Below are positions 21,426 to 31,493 of a stretch of 64,000 nt of DNA, one piece after another. The notes below the pieces were generated by a model, which saw nothing but the letters and a program-made list of their open reading frames with translations, did no database searches and was not told where the DNA came from. The position numbers were made by a program, and so were the translations under genes. Source of the DNA: a virus; IMG/VR virus record IMGVR_UViG_3300027852_000038, positions 12,016 through 76,015 of that record. One strand, given 5' to 3'. Numbering within the stretch: the stretch's first letter is position 1; each line of letters opens with the position of its first letter.

Positions 21426-21827
21426 TTATTCTAAAACCATGAATTTCAGTCTAACATTACTATAATAATCAGTACCACCCTGGTTAGGCCTAGGAATTAA
21501 TGGGCTTGCCTCAATTACAGGAGGATCCTCATGACGAAAACGGACCACATATAGATCGGTTTCATATTGAAGCTCATAGCTCGCTCCCGTAACCTTAGAC
21601 AATTCCAATATTTCGTTTAATGTCTCGCGAGTAATCCAACCGTGTAAGTAATCTCCAACCAAATCTAAGGGTTTGCCCGTTTTTTCTTCTTCCCAAATAA
21701 TAAGGTTTTGCGCCAAGGTCCTGGCAACCTCGGCACTCACCCCGGTCCAGGCAAACTCATTTTCAATTATTAAATCAGGCAACACCACACTCTCCAGAGT
21801 TACAGCCATTTTAATTGTCCCCAACAA
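21426..21827 (-). CDS. putative distal tail protein
   Basis: Directly downstream of the tape measure gene; 133 aa. Confidence 0.5.
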   Translation of the reverse strand: MLGTIKMAVTLESVVLPDLIIENEFAWTGVSAEVARTLAQNLIIWEEEKTGKPLDLVGDYLHGWITRETLNEILELSKVTGASYELQYETDLYVVRFRHEDPPVIEASPLIPRPNQGGTDYYSNVRLKFMVLE

Positions 21828-24759
21828 GGCTCTCTTTAACTAAAGCCGACTTTAAATTTTCAATAACGTCGATATCACCCATGATTGGGTAGCTACCACC
21901 CCCAAAAGACAGCTCTAAACGGCCATAATCTTTGGCCCCCTCTAATGGTCCTCCGGTAGCAAAATTTGTTCTTAAGGGACTGCTACCAATTTTACTATTT
22001 AAACCAGACAAAAGAGAGTTAGAGTCCAACTTTAAAGCATTTAATTTGTCTAATTTTGGAACACCGATTGCTCTAACTGCTTCTTTTCGGAGCATATATT
22101 CCCCGGCTTCACCCATAATTGGTATACGATCCCCACCACCATATCCAGGAAAATAACGACCTGTTCTTGCTCCGATCGCTCCTGCTGATTGGTTACCCCC
22201 ACCTTCTGATACTGTTTTTACAGTGACGGTCTTTGTTACTGGTTCAGACAAAGAGTTAATTTCCTGTAATCTTGCTTTCACTCGATCAAATTCTAACAAC
22301 TCAATATCGATCTGTAAATCTCTTTTTTTGACAAGGTCATCAACAATCAATTTCATCTCTTCAGCTTGTTTAGACGTTGTTTTTAACCCATCCTTAGAGC
22401 TTTGAGCCTGTAATTCTAAAATCTGAATTTGCACTTTGCCCACTTCTTTTATACCTTCTTGAGCAACCTTAATGCCCTCTTCAATCGGAACAGCAATTAT
22501 AGCCTCATCACCGGCCCCGGTTTTAATCTCTCTCGCCAAATCTGCAAACAGACTTTCAGCACCCTTAACCAGTTTTTGAGCCGATGCTAATCTCAAGTTC
22601 ATTACTTTTTCATCTTCAGCCGCTGAAGCCTCACCGATCATCTTCTGAGCTTCCAGCATTTTTTCTTCTGCTTGAGTTCTCTTATCTACCCAAACCGCCT
22701 CCTCTTCCATCCCTTTCTGTTTCAAAGCTCTCAGCTTGTCTTCAGTAGACATTCGAGCCATGTGGATCTTTTCTTCCCATGCAATAACATCTTGAGCATA
22801 TTTTTTTACCGCTTTAGTTAAACCATTATACGTCTCCCTGGCAGTAGTCAATAAAGTTTGATATCTCTCTGAATTACTTTTTATAGATACACCTACTTCA
22901 TCAGTGCCTTTACGTAAATTTATAAGTGCCCCTGTATATTCATTTGTCTTGCCTTCCGCTTCTTTTACCGATTTACCGGCCATCCTTGCAGCGTTTTCTG
23001 TATGGGTCCAAAATTTCATCGCAGAAATCAACGCCACTTCGTATTCTTTCCGTTGTTCTTTTGTTAAATTTCTTATCTCTGAACGGGTTTTAATTTCCTG
23101 TTTTTTTGAATCGGCAAACTCTCTTGACGCCGCCGCTTCTTTCTTTGCCATCTTAGCGGCGTACATCATAGCCTGCGTATATAGAGATATTTCGTAAGCT
23201 AACCGGATCCCCTGAATACCGGTATAAATAATTGCACCCACCAAACCTACAGTAAGGCCAAAGGTCAATGCTGCCGAAGCCTTAGCCGCTGCATTGATGG
23301 CCAATATCATCATTTTAAAACCGGAAAGCATGGCCCCAAGACCTACTTTCCACAATGTGATACCCGCAACCGTTGCCCCTATGGAAGCTACAAGATATTT
23401 TGTAACCGAATCCACTTCTATGATTCCCCTGGACAACCAGGTCAAGGCTTCAGCCAGTTTCATAACTGCCGGTGCTAAACCCTCACCCAATTGTTGTGTA
23501 AGTCCTTGCATAGCTGATTTCAAATTTCTTAAAGCTCCACCAATACCGGCTTCCATATCCTCAGAAATTTTCGCCATTTTTCCAACATTCTCACCATATG
23601 AATCAGTCAACGCACCAAGAGCATCTGAACCTTGTCTGATTAAGGCCGCCATACCAGGCCCGGCACGCTCACCGAACAATGCAAGAGCTTCCGCACCTCC
23701 AATATTTGCATCTTCCAGTTGCTCAATAACTTTTTTAAATCCAACGAATTTGCCTGTAGTTTTGTCTGTCAATTCCAGAACATGACCAAGCCGCTCCCCT
23801 AAAGATTTCATCAAAGCGGCTTCCATGTCTGTAGGATTAAGCAAGGCACCCAAGGCCCCCCTTAGAGCCGTGCCAGCCATTGACCCCTTCAAACCTGCAT
23901 TATGTAACATACCAATTGCGGCGTTTAATCCCTCAAAGTCTTGTTCTACAGCAGCGGCAATAGGCCCAACCAAAGAGAAAGCTGTTCCCAATTCTGATAG
24001 TGTTGAATTTGTGGAGGTGAATGTATGCACTAAAATATCATTAACCCTGGTTAATGCTGATACCTCCAAACCATAACCAGTTAAAATATTTGTTGCTATA
24101 TCGGCCGCCTCACCTAAATCTAGATTGCCGACTGTAGCCAACTGGAGAACTCCAGGCAATGCAGCAATAGCTTCATGAGCAGTCATACCAGCCATTGCTA
24201 AAAACTTTAAACCCTCAGCAGCTTGCAAGGGTGAATACCTTGTGGAAATTCCCATTTTTCTGGCGGTTGCCGTTAAAGCTGCATACTCTTCTTCTGTTGC
24301 TTGAGATACCGCTTTAACCAGTCTCATTGTATCATCAAAAGCCGAAAACGACTCAATAACCGTATCAACAGCCCGCTTCACAGTGTATAAAGCTATCCCC
24401 AAGCCGATGGCTGACCCCTTCATGGAATCAAAAGCCGCCCCTACTCCTGACGCCTCATTTTTTAAAGCTTTAATCCGAGCATTTGCAACTTGTGTTACCC
24501 TTGCAAGTTCCATCATTGAAACTTTACCAGAAGCCTTTAACCGATTTAATGACGCTTGAACCAATTTGACTTCCCGGTTAATATCTTTAAAAGATCTTAC
24601 ATCCAAATTCTTAAAAGCTTTGTTGATATTCTTACCTACCACAACGGCTTCTTTACCCATGCCGTTAAGGGTCTTATCAAAAGCACCACTGATCTTCTTC
24701 ATGGTATCAGCTACGCCCTTTGCAGACAACCCAATAGTAAGTTTTACATCATCAGCCAT
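21811..24759 (-). CDS. Tape measure protein (TP901-like core)
   Basis: FDDTMRLVKAVS, TRYSPLQAAEGLKFLAMAG, LPGVLQLA, GLKGSMAGTALR; long helical; C-terminal GEAGEYMLRKEAV. Confidence 0.95.
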   Translation of the reverse strand: MADDVKLTIGLSAKGVADTMKKISGAFDKTLNGMGKEAVVVGKNINKAFKNLDVRSFKDINREVKLVQASLNRLKASGKVSMMELARVTQVANARIKALKNEASGVGAAFDSMKGSAIGLGIALYTVKRAVDTVIESFSAFDDTMRLVKAVSQATEEEYAALTATARKMGISTRYSPLQAAEGLKFLAMAGMTAHEAIAALPGVLQLATVGNLDLGEAADIATNILTGYGLEVSALTRVNDILVHTFTSTNSTLSELGTAFSLVGPIAAAVEQDFEGLNAAIGMLHNAGLKGSMAGTALRGALGALLNPTDMEAALMKSLGERLGHVLELTDKTTGKFVGFKKVIEQLEDANIGGAEALALFGERAGPGMAALIRQGSDALGALTDSYGENVGKMAKISEDMEAGIGGALRNLKSAMQGLTQQLGEGLAPAVMKLAEALTWLSRGIIEVDSVTKYLVASIGATVAGITLWKVGLGAMLSGFKMMILAINAAAKASAALTFGLTVGLVGAIIYTGIQGIRLAYEISLYTQAMMYAAKMAKKEAAASREFADSKKQEIKTRSEIRNLTKEQRKEYEVALISAMKFWTHTENAARMAGKSVKEAEGKTNEYTGALINLRKGTDEVGVSIKSNSERYQTLLTTARETYNGLTKAVKKYAQDVIAWEEKIHMARMSTEDKLRALKQKGMEEEAVWVDKRTQAEEKMLEAQKMIGEASAAEDEKVMNLRLASAQKLVKGAESLFADLAREIKTGAGDEAIIAVPIEEGIKVAQEGIKEVGKVQIQILELQAQSSKDGLKTTSKQAEEMKLIVDDLVKKRDLQIDIELLEFDRVKARLQEINSLSEPVTKTVTVKTVSEGGGNQSAGAIGARTGRYFPGYGGGDRIPIMGEAGEYMLRKEAVRAIGVPKLDKLNALKLDSNSLLSGLNSKIGSSPLRTNFATGGPLEGAKDYGRLELSFGGGSYPIMGDIDVIENLKSALVKESLVGDN

Positions 24760-25214
24760 TTACTTCTTCCCTTTTAATTTGTCTCGTTCTCGCTTAGCCT
24801 CTTTAGCCTGCCCAACAGCCAAATCAACCACATTTTCGAAGAATGAATACTCATAATCCAATACCGCTGTATGTCCACACTCTATAAGCTGGAAAAGGAC
24901 TCTATCAAAATCTTTGAGAGTGACGCTTTTATTTTCGCCAGCACCCCCGCCTTTTCCATCAGTCCGAAAAAAGAGCTATTTACCTTCTGAACATGCCCCC
25001 ATATCTCTTCTAACTCACTTGGAGTAAAATCTTCCAATTCAAGCATTTTCAAATTTGAAACTAAGGGGACTATATCCTCAAGTTTTTCCATGATTCCTTT
25101 GGTGCCCTCTTTCTTTTCATCATCAAAAGACTGGAGAATAACACGGATTTCTTTTGCTGTCAATTCCCTGATTTCAACATCCTTATTGCCTATTTTTGTA
25201 TTGATTTTTGCCAC
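24760..25214 (-). CDS. Tail assembly chaperone gpGT-like product via -1 frameshift
   Basis: The -1 frame opens just before T TTT TTC (24966-24972) and reads ...LIECGHTAVLDYEYSFF...KGKK to TAA at 24760-24762, abutting the TMP ATG. Confidence 0.8.
24882..25214 (-). CDS. Tail assembly chaperone (gpG-like)
   Basis: Between tail tube and TMP; PSELEEIW...VNSSFF motif. Confidence 0.8.
   Translation of the reverse strand: MAKINTKIGNKDVEIRELTAKEIRVILQSFDDEKKEGTKGIMEKLEDIVPLVSNLKMLELEDFTPSELEEIWGHVQKVNSSFFGLMEKAGVLAKIKASLSKILIESFSSL
24966..24972 (-). promoter_or_regulatory. -1 ribosomal slippery site T TTT TTC
   Basis: X XXY YYZ heptamer in the gpG frame; a -1-frame TAG lies just upstream and the frame is open downstream. 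Confidence 0.8.
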
Positions 25215-25257
25215 TGTCTAAACCTGCCTTTCGTTTTAATTCAACTAATTTATTTTT

Positions 25258-25680
25258 CTACTCAAAAACCGGAGCGACTAAAACTTTCTTTTGATTAGAA
25301 GCAGACGCTGCAAAACCTGCAAATCTTTTTACAGCCCTGTAAACATACCAGGCCCTAAACTTACTCATTCCATCTTCGAGGCACAACTGCCGAAGTAAGT
25401 CATCGGCGGTAGCTCTTGCAGTATGTTCAAGATATCCGTTCCGTATCAACTGATACAAAACATCATGAACCAAAGATGGCCTCATAAATGTTTTCGTATC
25501 TTTTGTGAGCCCAGAAGGGCCGTCCCAAGCATAGCCTGTTTTTACCCTCAAGTGGCCATCCTCGGAAAGATAAATAAAAGGCAATTCCACCGGCTCTTCC
25601 CTTTTCAGTTCAGCCGGTAGTTGAATAAAAAAATCTCTAGCTAATTGATATTTAAAACCCTCTCTATAAAATATCTGCAT
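25258..25680 (-). CDS. DUF1353 family protein
   Basis: GYAWDGPS...SLVHDVLYQ...ADDLLRQLCLEDGM...YRAVK. Confidence 0.8.
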   Translation of the reverse strand: MQIFYREGFKYQLARDFFIQLPAELKREEPVELPFIYLSEDGHLRVKTGYAWDGPSGLTKDTKTFMRPSLVHDVLYQLIRNGYLEHTARATADDLLRQLCLEDGMSKFRAWYVYRAVKRFAGFAASASNQKKVLVAPVFE

Positions 25681-25700
25681 TATTTACCTTTCTGGTAAAA

Positions 25701-25931
25701 CTATCTTACCAACTCCATGGCTTTAATTATTGCTTTAATGACTTTTGTTTCTGACTGCTGATCTTTTATTTCAAACTCGATTCTTCCATCAGCAAACCGA
25801 ATAACCTTTAAACCTCTTATCTGTTGATTCCCCACCCGGCTATATGTCACTTCGCCTGTTCCCGGATTAAAAACTACACTTGAGCAACCTGTCAACAGAA
25901 AGAAAGCAACTATCACCGTTAATTTCTTCAT
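25701..25931 (-). CDS. small lipoprotein
   Basis: MKK plus hydrophobic stretch plus lipobox LTG-C. Confidence 0.8.
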   Translation of the reverse strand: MKKLTVIVAFFLLTGCSSVVFNPGTGEVTYSRVGNQQIRGLKVIRFADGRIEFEIKDQQSETKVIKAIIKAMELVR

Positions 25932-25946
25932 TTTCCACTTTCCCTT

Positions 25947-26927
25947 TTAACTAATTTCAGTTAACCTGAAAAAGGGTTCACTAGGATGAAGTTCGGACAT
26001 GGATAAAACCTCAACAGTCATCGGAATTGAGGCAACTTCTGTAGTAATAAATCCGATAGAACCACCCACCGTAATAGAAGCGGACCAAATTTCAATTCTC
26101 AACTGCGGTCCTTGATCCGGATCACCCACAAAAAGTATTGACCCCTTAACCTGCGAGTTGGTCAAACCTCTAACAGATTTAGTAGTTTTGGCAGGATAAT
26201 TGCAAGATACATCTGCAACTTGAGCCGGTATACTCCCAGTGGACAGTTTTCTGATCAGTCCACCCTTGCCATCAAAGGAATAATCAGTTCCGAGAACATA
26301 ACGAGTAGTAGGAGTCGCTGCATCATCAACCACAACACCGTCCTCAAGATCTTCGGTTCCGGTAACAGTTGCTGTCGCTGTCGAAGTCCCACCGGTGATT
26401 ATTTCATCCACATCAAAAGTTCCGGATACATTCACACATTCTAACTCGTTGGTGCCGACCCACGCAACTTGTGCAGTAGCTGCCGAACTTCCCCCGGTTA
26501 TCGTTTCCCCTGCCACAAAAGGTCCATCGGTTACAGTTCCGTGTTTTACTTTATGAAAGGTCATGTTAAATTTTCCGGATTCAACCTCAACAAATCGATC
26601 ATCAATAAGGGTAATCGTCTCGCCGTCAACAAACCCGACGATCTGGGACCCGGCCTGAACTCCATCACCCAAAAAAATAATATTCAAATTTTCTGCACTG
26701 TATTCTTCCAGGTCAAGAGAAGACGTCAGTTTCTTCTGCTTAACCAAGTCAAGAACTTTTTCGTCCATCCCGGACCGACTCGAAAAATGTTCCAACTTTT
26801 CCAGTATCGGCTCAAGTTCAAATTTGGGAACATTCCCCAAATCAAGATACCCAGTTTCACCTTCAAGTTTAAAAAAAAGTCTCCCTTTTCCATACATGAA
26901 ATTATTCACGTTATAAGCCAATGGCAT
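25947..26927 (-). CDS. Major tail tube protein
   Basis: YGKGRLFF...DLGNVPKFEL...EHFSSRSG...LEEYSAENL; position upstream of chaperone and TMP; no sheath gene seen. Confidence 0.85.
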   Translation of the reverse strand: MPLAYNVNNFMYGKGRLFFKLEGETGYLDLGNVPKFELEPILEKLEHFSSRSGMDEKVLDLVKQKKLTSSLDLEEYSAENLNIIFLGDGVQAGSQIVGFVDGETITLIDDRFVEVESGKFNMTFHKVKHGTVTDGPFVAGETITGGSSAATAQVAWVGTNELECVNVSGTFDVDEIITGGTSTATATVTGTEDLEDGVVVDDAATPTTRYVLGTDYSFDGKGGLIRKLSTGSIPAQVADVSCNYPAKTTKSVRGLTNSQVKGSILFVGDPDQGPQLRIEIWSASITVGGSIGFITTEVASIPMTVEVLSMSELHPSEPFFRLTEIS

Positions 26928-26940
26928 TTTTAACCCTCCC

Positions 26941-27396
26941 TTATCTTAAATATTTATATTTACTAATGTAAAAAAATTCATAATTCACAACTACATCAAC
27001 TATGGTGCTGGTCATCGGGACTACTTCCATTGACGTTGCTCCATAGGTTGACACCAGCCTCCTAAAATCTTTATCTGTTTCAACAGCAGAAAAGATCCGC
27101 TCTGCCATTAAATTGCCCCTCTTCCACATTTCTTGTGGAACTGTTTTATCAAAATATTCAATTGTTATCAAATCTGTTTTTTCGTAAAGATTATCAGCCA
27201 CCCTTTTAATCCCTTCCCGACCCTCAAATACAAAGATAGAGGGGAACTGACTCACTTCGGCACCGATAAAACCCCTTGTCACGGAAGTTCTTTGCAGACC
27301 GTTTTCATCATTGCGAAAATAAGGCACTAAACGACCCTGTATTAACTCTTGTATAACCTCCTCCCTTACCCCTCCGTAATTGATGCTAGCTGTCAT
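26941..27396 (-). CDS. putative tail terminator/completion protein
   Basis: Synteny; FPSIFVFEG motif. Confidence 0.55.
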   Translation of the reverse strand: MTASINYGGVREEVIQELIQGRLVPYFRNDENGLQRTSVTRGFIGAEVSQFPSIFVFEGREGIKRVADNLYEKTDLITIEYFDKTVPQEMWKRGNLMAERIFSAVETDKDFRRLVSTYGATSMEVVPMTSTIVDVVVNYEFFYISKYKYLR

Positions 27397-27486
27397 AATT
27401 TCCTCTTCGAGTATTAGAACTTTAAGCCATCAAACAATCAATAGCTGAGAAGGGAGGAGGCTTTTTATTATCCCCCACTATTACAA

Positions 27487-28059
27487 TTAGCCCCTATTTT
27501 CTTCTTCAATTATCCGAACTTTAAGTTTGTCCAGTGCATCGTCAACAGAAGTGCTGAACCATCTTTTTGGTTCAATCTTAACCTCATCAACTAACAAGAA
27601 TAAAGGAACAAGCTTCTTCTTTCCTTTAATCGTGAAAATGATCAGATTACCCTTTTTTGATTTTTGAACAAACGTGTCTGCCCATTCCCGGGGACCTTTT
27701 CTCAACACACCTGCTTTTGTCATTGCAGCAGGAAGAGGGATAGCAAGATGATTTGCATTGACAGGCTTTAAAACTCCACCAGGTAAACCCTCTGTTCCGT
27801 GCTCCAACAATCTTGCTTGTGGAGCATCACTTGTTAAAGTTAAAGTTATATCAAAATCACTTGTTTTGATATCTGCCCACCCCATACTCCTTGCTAATTG
27901 TCCAGTGCGCCGCTTTAATACCTTCCCACCAAGGTTGATACCTGTTGCGGCATCAATGTCCATTTGCCACCGGGTAAGACCTCTTAATATAGTGGGTTTA
28001 TCAAAAACTTCATTTATATCCTGTAAAGCCTTTGATTTATCTACTGTTACTTCAAGCAT
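27487..28059 (-). CDS. neck/tail completion protein (HK97 gp10 / virion morphogenesis-like)
   Basis: RRTGQLARS and ARLLEHGT motifs; synteny. Confidence 0.65.
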   Translation of the reverse strand: MLEVTVDKSKALQDINEVFDKPTILRGLTRWQMDIDAATGINLGGKVLKRRTGQLARSMGWADIKTSDFDITLTLTSDAPQARLLEHGTEGLPGGVLKPVNANHLAIPLPAAMTKAGVLRKGPREWADTFVQKSKKGNLIIFTIKGKKKLVPLFLLVDEVKIEPKRWFSTSVDDALDKLKVRIIEEENRG

Positions 28060-28070
28060 GCTTTCACCTC

Positions 28071-28691
28071 TTATAATATTTCAGCGCAACCGTAATAAAT
28101 CAAATCTCCTAACAACTCCATAACAGATTGAGACAGATGGCCGTTTTCAATAGGAGATTTTTTAGAAGTGCCCTTATCGCTTGATACTGAATCAAGGCCC
28201 AGAATACTGCGGTTATGATAAAAAGATATTGCTTGAATTATTAAAGCCGATCCTAAAATATCAACATCACCGGCCGTTTTTAACCCTCCAGTGTAAGTAA
28301 CAGTAACTTCACTTGTAAGATCTTCATCAAGATAACTCCCACCTGTCAAAAAGTTGTAATCGGCACCCAAGGAAAGCGTGTTGCCTTTTAAAGTGTAATC
28401 AGTTGCGGCTAATTCCACCCCATTGGACACAACTTTAATAATCGACTCCACGGGAGCAAGTCTAAGAGATTCCCCTGTAATCCGGAAAATGGGATAATAT
28501 TCTTCTAACTCCTCTTTATACATGAAATCACGTTTACAATAAGATTTAATCAAAGAGTAAGTCAATTTTACAGCTGTCTTAACAGCAGGGTCTGTCACAT
28601 GGATGTTTCCTTCAATCCCTTTGACCTGTAAATAACTACAGATATCTTGAACGGAGGCTTCAATAAAATTCTCTAGTGTAGTATTCGCCAT
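28071..28691 (-). CDS. head-tail adaptor protein
   Basis: IKSYCKRDF, VTVTYTGG; synteny after the capsid. Confidence 0.65.
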   Translation of the reverse strand: MANTTLENFIEASVQDICSYLQVKGIEGNIHVTDPAVKTAVKLTYSLIKSYCKRDFMYKEELEEYYPIFRITGESLRLAPVESIIKVVSNGVELAATDYTLKGNTLSLGADYNFLTGGSYLDEDLTSEVTVTYTGGLKTAGDVDILGSALIIQAISFYHNRSILGLDSVSSDKGTSKKSPIENGHLSQSVMELLGDLIYYGCAEIL

Positions 28692-28702
28692 GATTACCCT
28701 TC

Positions 28703-28993
28703 TTACTTTATGACACTGCCGGTTTCAATTTTGACACTTGCACCAGCCACTACTTTCTCTTCCTCCACCGGTTCAACGGACTGTTTCTTACGTGCCAGGT
28801 GTTTGAGATTCATTGCCCGGACAGTCCTACCCTTGGGCAACCTCGTTACGGGGAACAATAACTTTTTTCTTTCCCCTGTCTTATTAACTCCCAGAACTTT
28901 GGCCAATTTTGGGTCCATCTCTAAATATTCTCCGGCACTTGCCCCTACTGCAAGCTGTGCCTGCGTAAAAGTTCGTTTACATTTGTAAATCAT
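28703..28993 (-). CDS. hypothetical head-associated protein (96 aa)
   Basis: Synteny; AAGGGG RBS. Confidence 0.5.
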   Translation of the reverse strand: MIYKCKRTFTQAQLAVGASAGEYLEMDPKLAKVLGVNKTGERKKLLFPVTRLPKGRTVRAMNLKHLARKKQSVEPVEEEKVVAGASVKIETGSVIK

Positions 28994-29013
28994 TTCTTCC
29001 CCTTTTCATTGTT

Positions 29014-29050
29014 AAAGAAAAAGGCGGGGGAGACAAATCCCCCTCGCCTT
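29014..29050 (-). terminator. Rho-independent terminator after the major capsid gene
   Basis: Minus strand AAGGCG-A-GGGGG...TCCCCCGCCTT GC-rich stem followed by TTTCTTT. Confidence 0.8.
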
Positions 29051-29083
29051 ATTTTCTTCCTTTCTCTAACGAGGCCGCTTGTT

Positions 29084-30196
29084 TTATACAGCCGCCGTAG
29101 TTAAAACAGCAAATCCCGCAGGAAGGCCAACAATCATTGCTTCCCGCTGAATTGCTCTCAAGTAGGTCTGGTCATTCTTGAACCCGATATGAGTAGACTG
29201 AGCCAGACTGATTTTTTTACGGTCTCCGATATACAGATATTTCAGATTTCCGAAACAAACAAAGGGAGTGGAAACCGCCGTGTCAGTCAGGGCCGGTAAG
29301 GAATCCGTCAATTCATACGGATAACCCCATATGGTGCCAGGCTGAAGTCCTGAAGGATTCTGATAAATATAATCACCGGCAGTGTCCTTCAACTTCCGAA
29401 TGACGTTAAAAATTGTTCGATGCATATAAAACTTTGCACCCCTGAGCGCTCCGGCTTTCAAGGCGGTTATCATATCGCTGAGATGATCGGCGGTGACATC
29501 ACCAAAACCGGTCTCACCAGCACCCATCACCACCCCATTGGTTCCAGTAGCAAGCAGAATCCCATCAAACGGATCTGTTCCCCCGGAATCGCCTACAAAT
29601 CCCACACGGTCTTCCTCTTCGGCCATTCCCTCGCCAAACAGAGTCGCTAAAAGGTTGGCTATTCCCAAAGAGCTATCTTCCAACAGCTCAGAGGAGGCCG
29701 GAACCATGGCAGCCATTTTCTTGGCGATAAAATTGACATTGCCCAGAACAGGCTTGGACTCGGTTATTGCAGCTTCTTCACCGATCCAATAAACCGTAAC
29801 CCCGGAAACAAGAGAAGGAATATCCATTTCATTTGTTCCCATCGGAATCAAAGTTGCACCCTTCCGAATGATCCCATACTCTTCGATGATCCGAAGTAGC
29901 ATTGCCTGAAATTCAGTGGGAACAAGATACCCTCCATCAGCATCAACCCCCTCAGTCATTCCCTTGGCGGTTAAATCTCTATGGAAAGCTCCCCGGCAAA
30001 AAGTCATAAAATCAGCGGCCTTCTCCTCATTCCTGAACGGGGTATGTAATACCAAACCCTCATATTCGGGAGCTTCAAGCTGCCGTTTCTGCAATTCTGC
30101 AATAACATCCTTCAACATCTTGATTTCATCCCGTTGCCCTTTGAACTCAGCAAGAGCAGCTTGTATTCCCTTCTTTAACTCTTCCAACATTTCCAT
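29084..30196 (-). CDS. Major capsid protein, HK97 fold
   Basis: Coiled-coil delta domain, AK|GMTEGVDADGGYLVP, WIGEE, FGNLKY; likely start MEMLEE at 30196. Confidence 0.95.
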   Translation of the reverse strand: MEMLEELKKGIQAALAEFKGQRDEIKMLKDVIAELQKRQLEAPEYEGLVLHTPFRNEEKAADFMTFCRGAFHRDLTAKGMTEGVDADGGYLVPTEFQAMLLRIIEEYGIIRKGATLIPMGTNEMDIPSLVSGVTVYWIGEEAAITESKPVLGNVNFIAKKMAAMVPASSELLEDSSLGIANLLATLFGEGMAEEEDRVGFVGDSGGTDPFDGILLATGTNGVVMGAGETGFGDVTADHLSDMITALKAGALRGAKFYMHRTIFNVIRKLKDTAGDYIYQNPSGLQPGTIWGYPYELTDSLPALTDTAVSTPFVCFGNLKYLYIGDRKKISLAQSTHIGFKNDQTYLRAIQREAMIVGLPAGFAVLTTAAV

Positions 30197-30265
30197 AATT
30201 TTTCCCCTCCACAATAATAAAAAAATTGTATTATATACCTAAACAACACTCGGCATCACTCAACG

Positions 30266-31489
30266 TTACCCGCTGTTCTTCAGCATTGAAAGAATCCCAC
30301 CAAGATCCTCATCAGTGTAACCTAAATCTTGAACGGAAATGTCCTTCTCACCCATTTCCGACAAATACTGAACCCTTACCCTTAAAACAGAAAGTGACTC
30401 ATCAACAGCTTTCATCAGAGTTGTTAAACCCTCCAACTTTCCGTCCAAAGCACTCAAGGCCTCTGAGGTCTCAACTTGTCCGGCATCGTCCCCCGAACCC
30501 TCCTCCTCTGACGTTTCCGGCTCTACAAACTCTAGAACATGACGGTTCAGGTGGTCCAGACTTCCCTTCAAAATTTCCGAATCAGCGTCGGCCTCCAGCA
30601 ATTCCTTAATACTCTCGATATGGCCGTCAACCGCTTCTTTTGAAACAAATACCTTTCCATCTTTCGTGAAGTGATGCATGTATTTGTAAGACGATTTGAC
30701 TTTAGTTGCCGTCAAATCAACGGCAGCGTAAGCAAACCCGATATCTTCCCAATTCAAGGAATCTGCTTTAGAAAACTTACTTAACAGCCGGTCAACCTCT
30801 AACTCAGGGTCAAAGGCACCAGTCTTAACTTCATTGGAGATGAAAGGAATGACCCCTTTTTCGATCTGGCCCATGTTAACTATTGCATCATTAACCAAGG
30901 CTTCAATGCCCTCTTGAGTTGATTTATAAAACCCACTCAAAACAGGACTAGGAACCACACCCTTCTCAGCCATTTTAGATCGAATCAAAGCTTCAGGATT
31001 CGAGGGAACCGGAACTGGTGAAATTTCAAGCAGCTCCCAATCTACCACAATGCGTCGAGGCCGAGATTCATACTTAGTCAAATCCACCTCAATGCCTTTT
31101 CCGGATAAAGTTTTTACTGCGATCTTATCCGGGGATTTTTCATCAACTTCGATTCTGGATTTGGGAATGAACCCAACAGAAAAGGCCCGCATGAATTCAT
31201 GATCATACATGTAATCAAGAGTCTTACCATCTTCCGTATCAGCAAACGTGAAATCAAACACAACTTCGGTTGGAAAAACCTTTACATCCAAAACTTTGCC
31301 CACTGGAAAATCCCAATAATTATGAATGCCGAGCATTACCGGATTCTCCATGAAATTGTCCAACAGAACGCCTTCAGGAACCAAAACTTCTAAATCTCGG
31401 TCTAAGGCCAGCGTAGAAGCAATAGCAGTCCTGATCTTTACACCACCCTTTTCACGGACACCTTTTTTTATTACGGCTTTAAATTCCAT
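30266..31489 (-). CDS. HK97-type prohead protease with C-terminal extension
   Basis: LDRDLEVL, LGIHN, AFSVGF, ELLEISPVPVPSNPEA; ATG at 31489 with GGGGTGAT RBS. Confidence 0.92.
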   Translation of the reverse strand: MEFKAVIKKGVREKGGVKIRTAIASTLALDRDLEVLVPEGVLLDNFMENPVMLGIHNYWDFPVGKVLDVKVFPTEVVFDFTFADTEDGKTLDYMYDHEFMRAFSVGFIPKSRIEVDEKSPDKIAVKTLSGKGIEVDLTKYESRPRRIVVDWELLEISPVPVPSNPEALIRSKMAEKGVVPSPVLSGFYKSTQEGIEALVNDAIVNMGQIEKGVIPFISNEVKTGAFDPELEVDRLLSKFSKADSLNWEDIGFAYAAVDLTATKVKSSYKYMHHFTKDGKVFVSKEAVDGHIESIKELLEADADSEILKGSLDHLNRHVLEFVEPETSEEEGSGDDAGQVETSEALSALDGKLEGLTTLMKAVDESLSVLRVRVQYLSEMGEKDISVQDLGYTDEDLGGILSMLKNSG

Positions 31490-31493
31490 TTTA

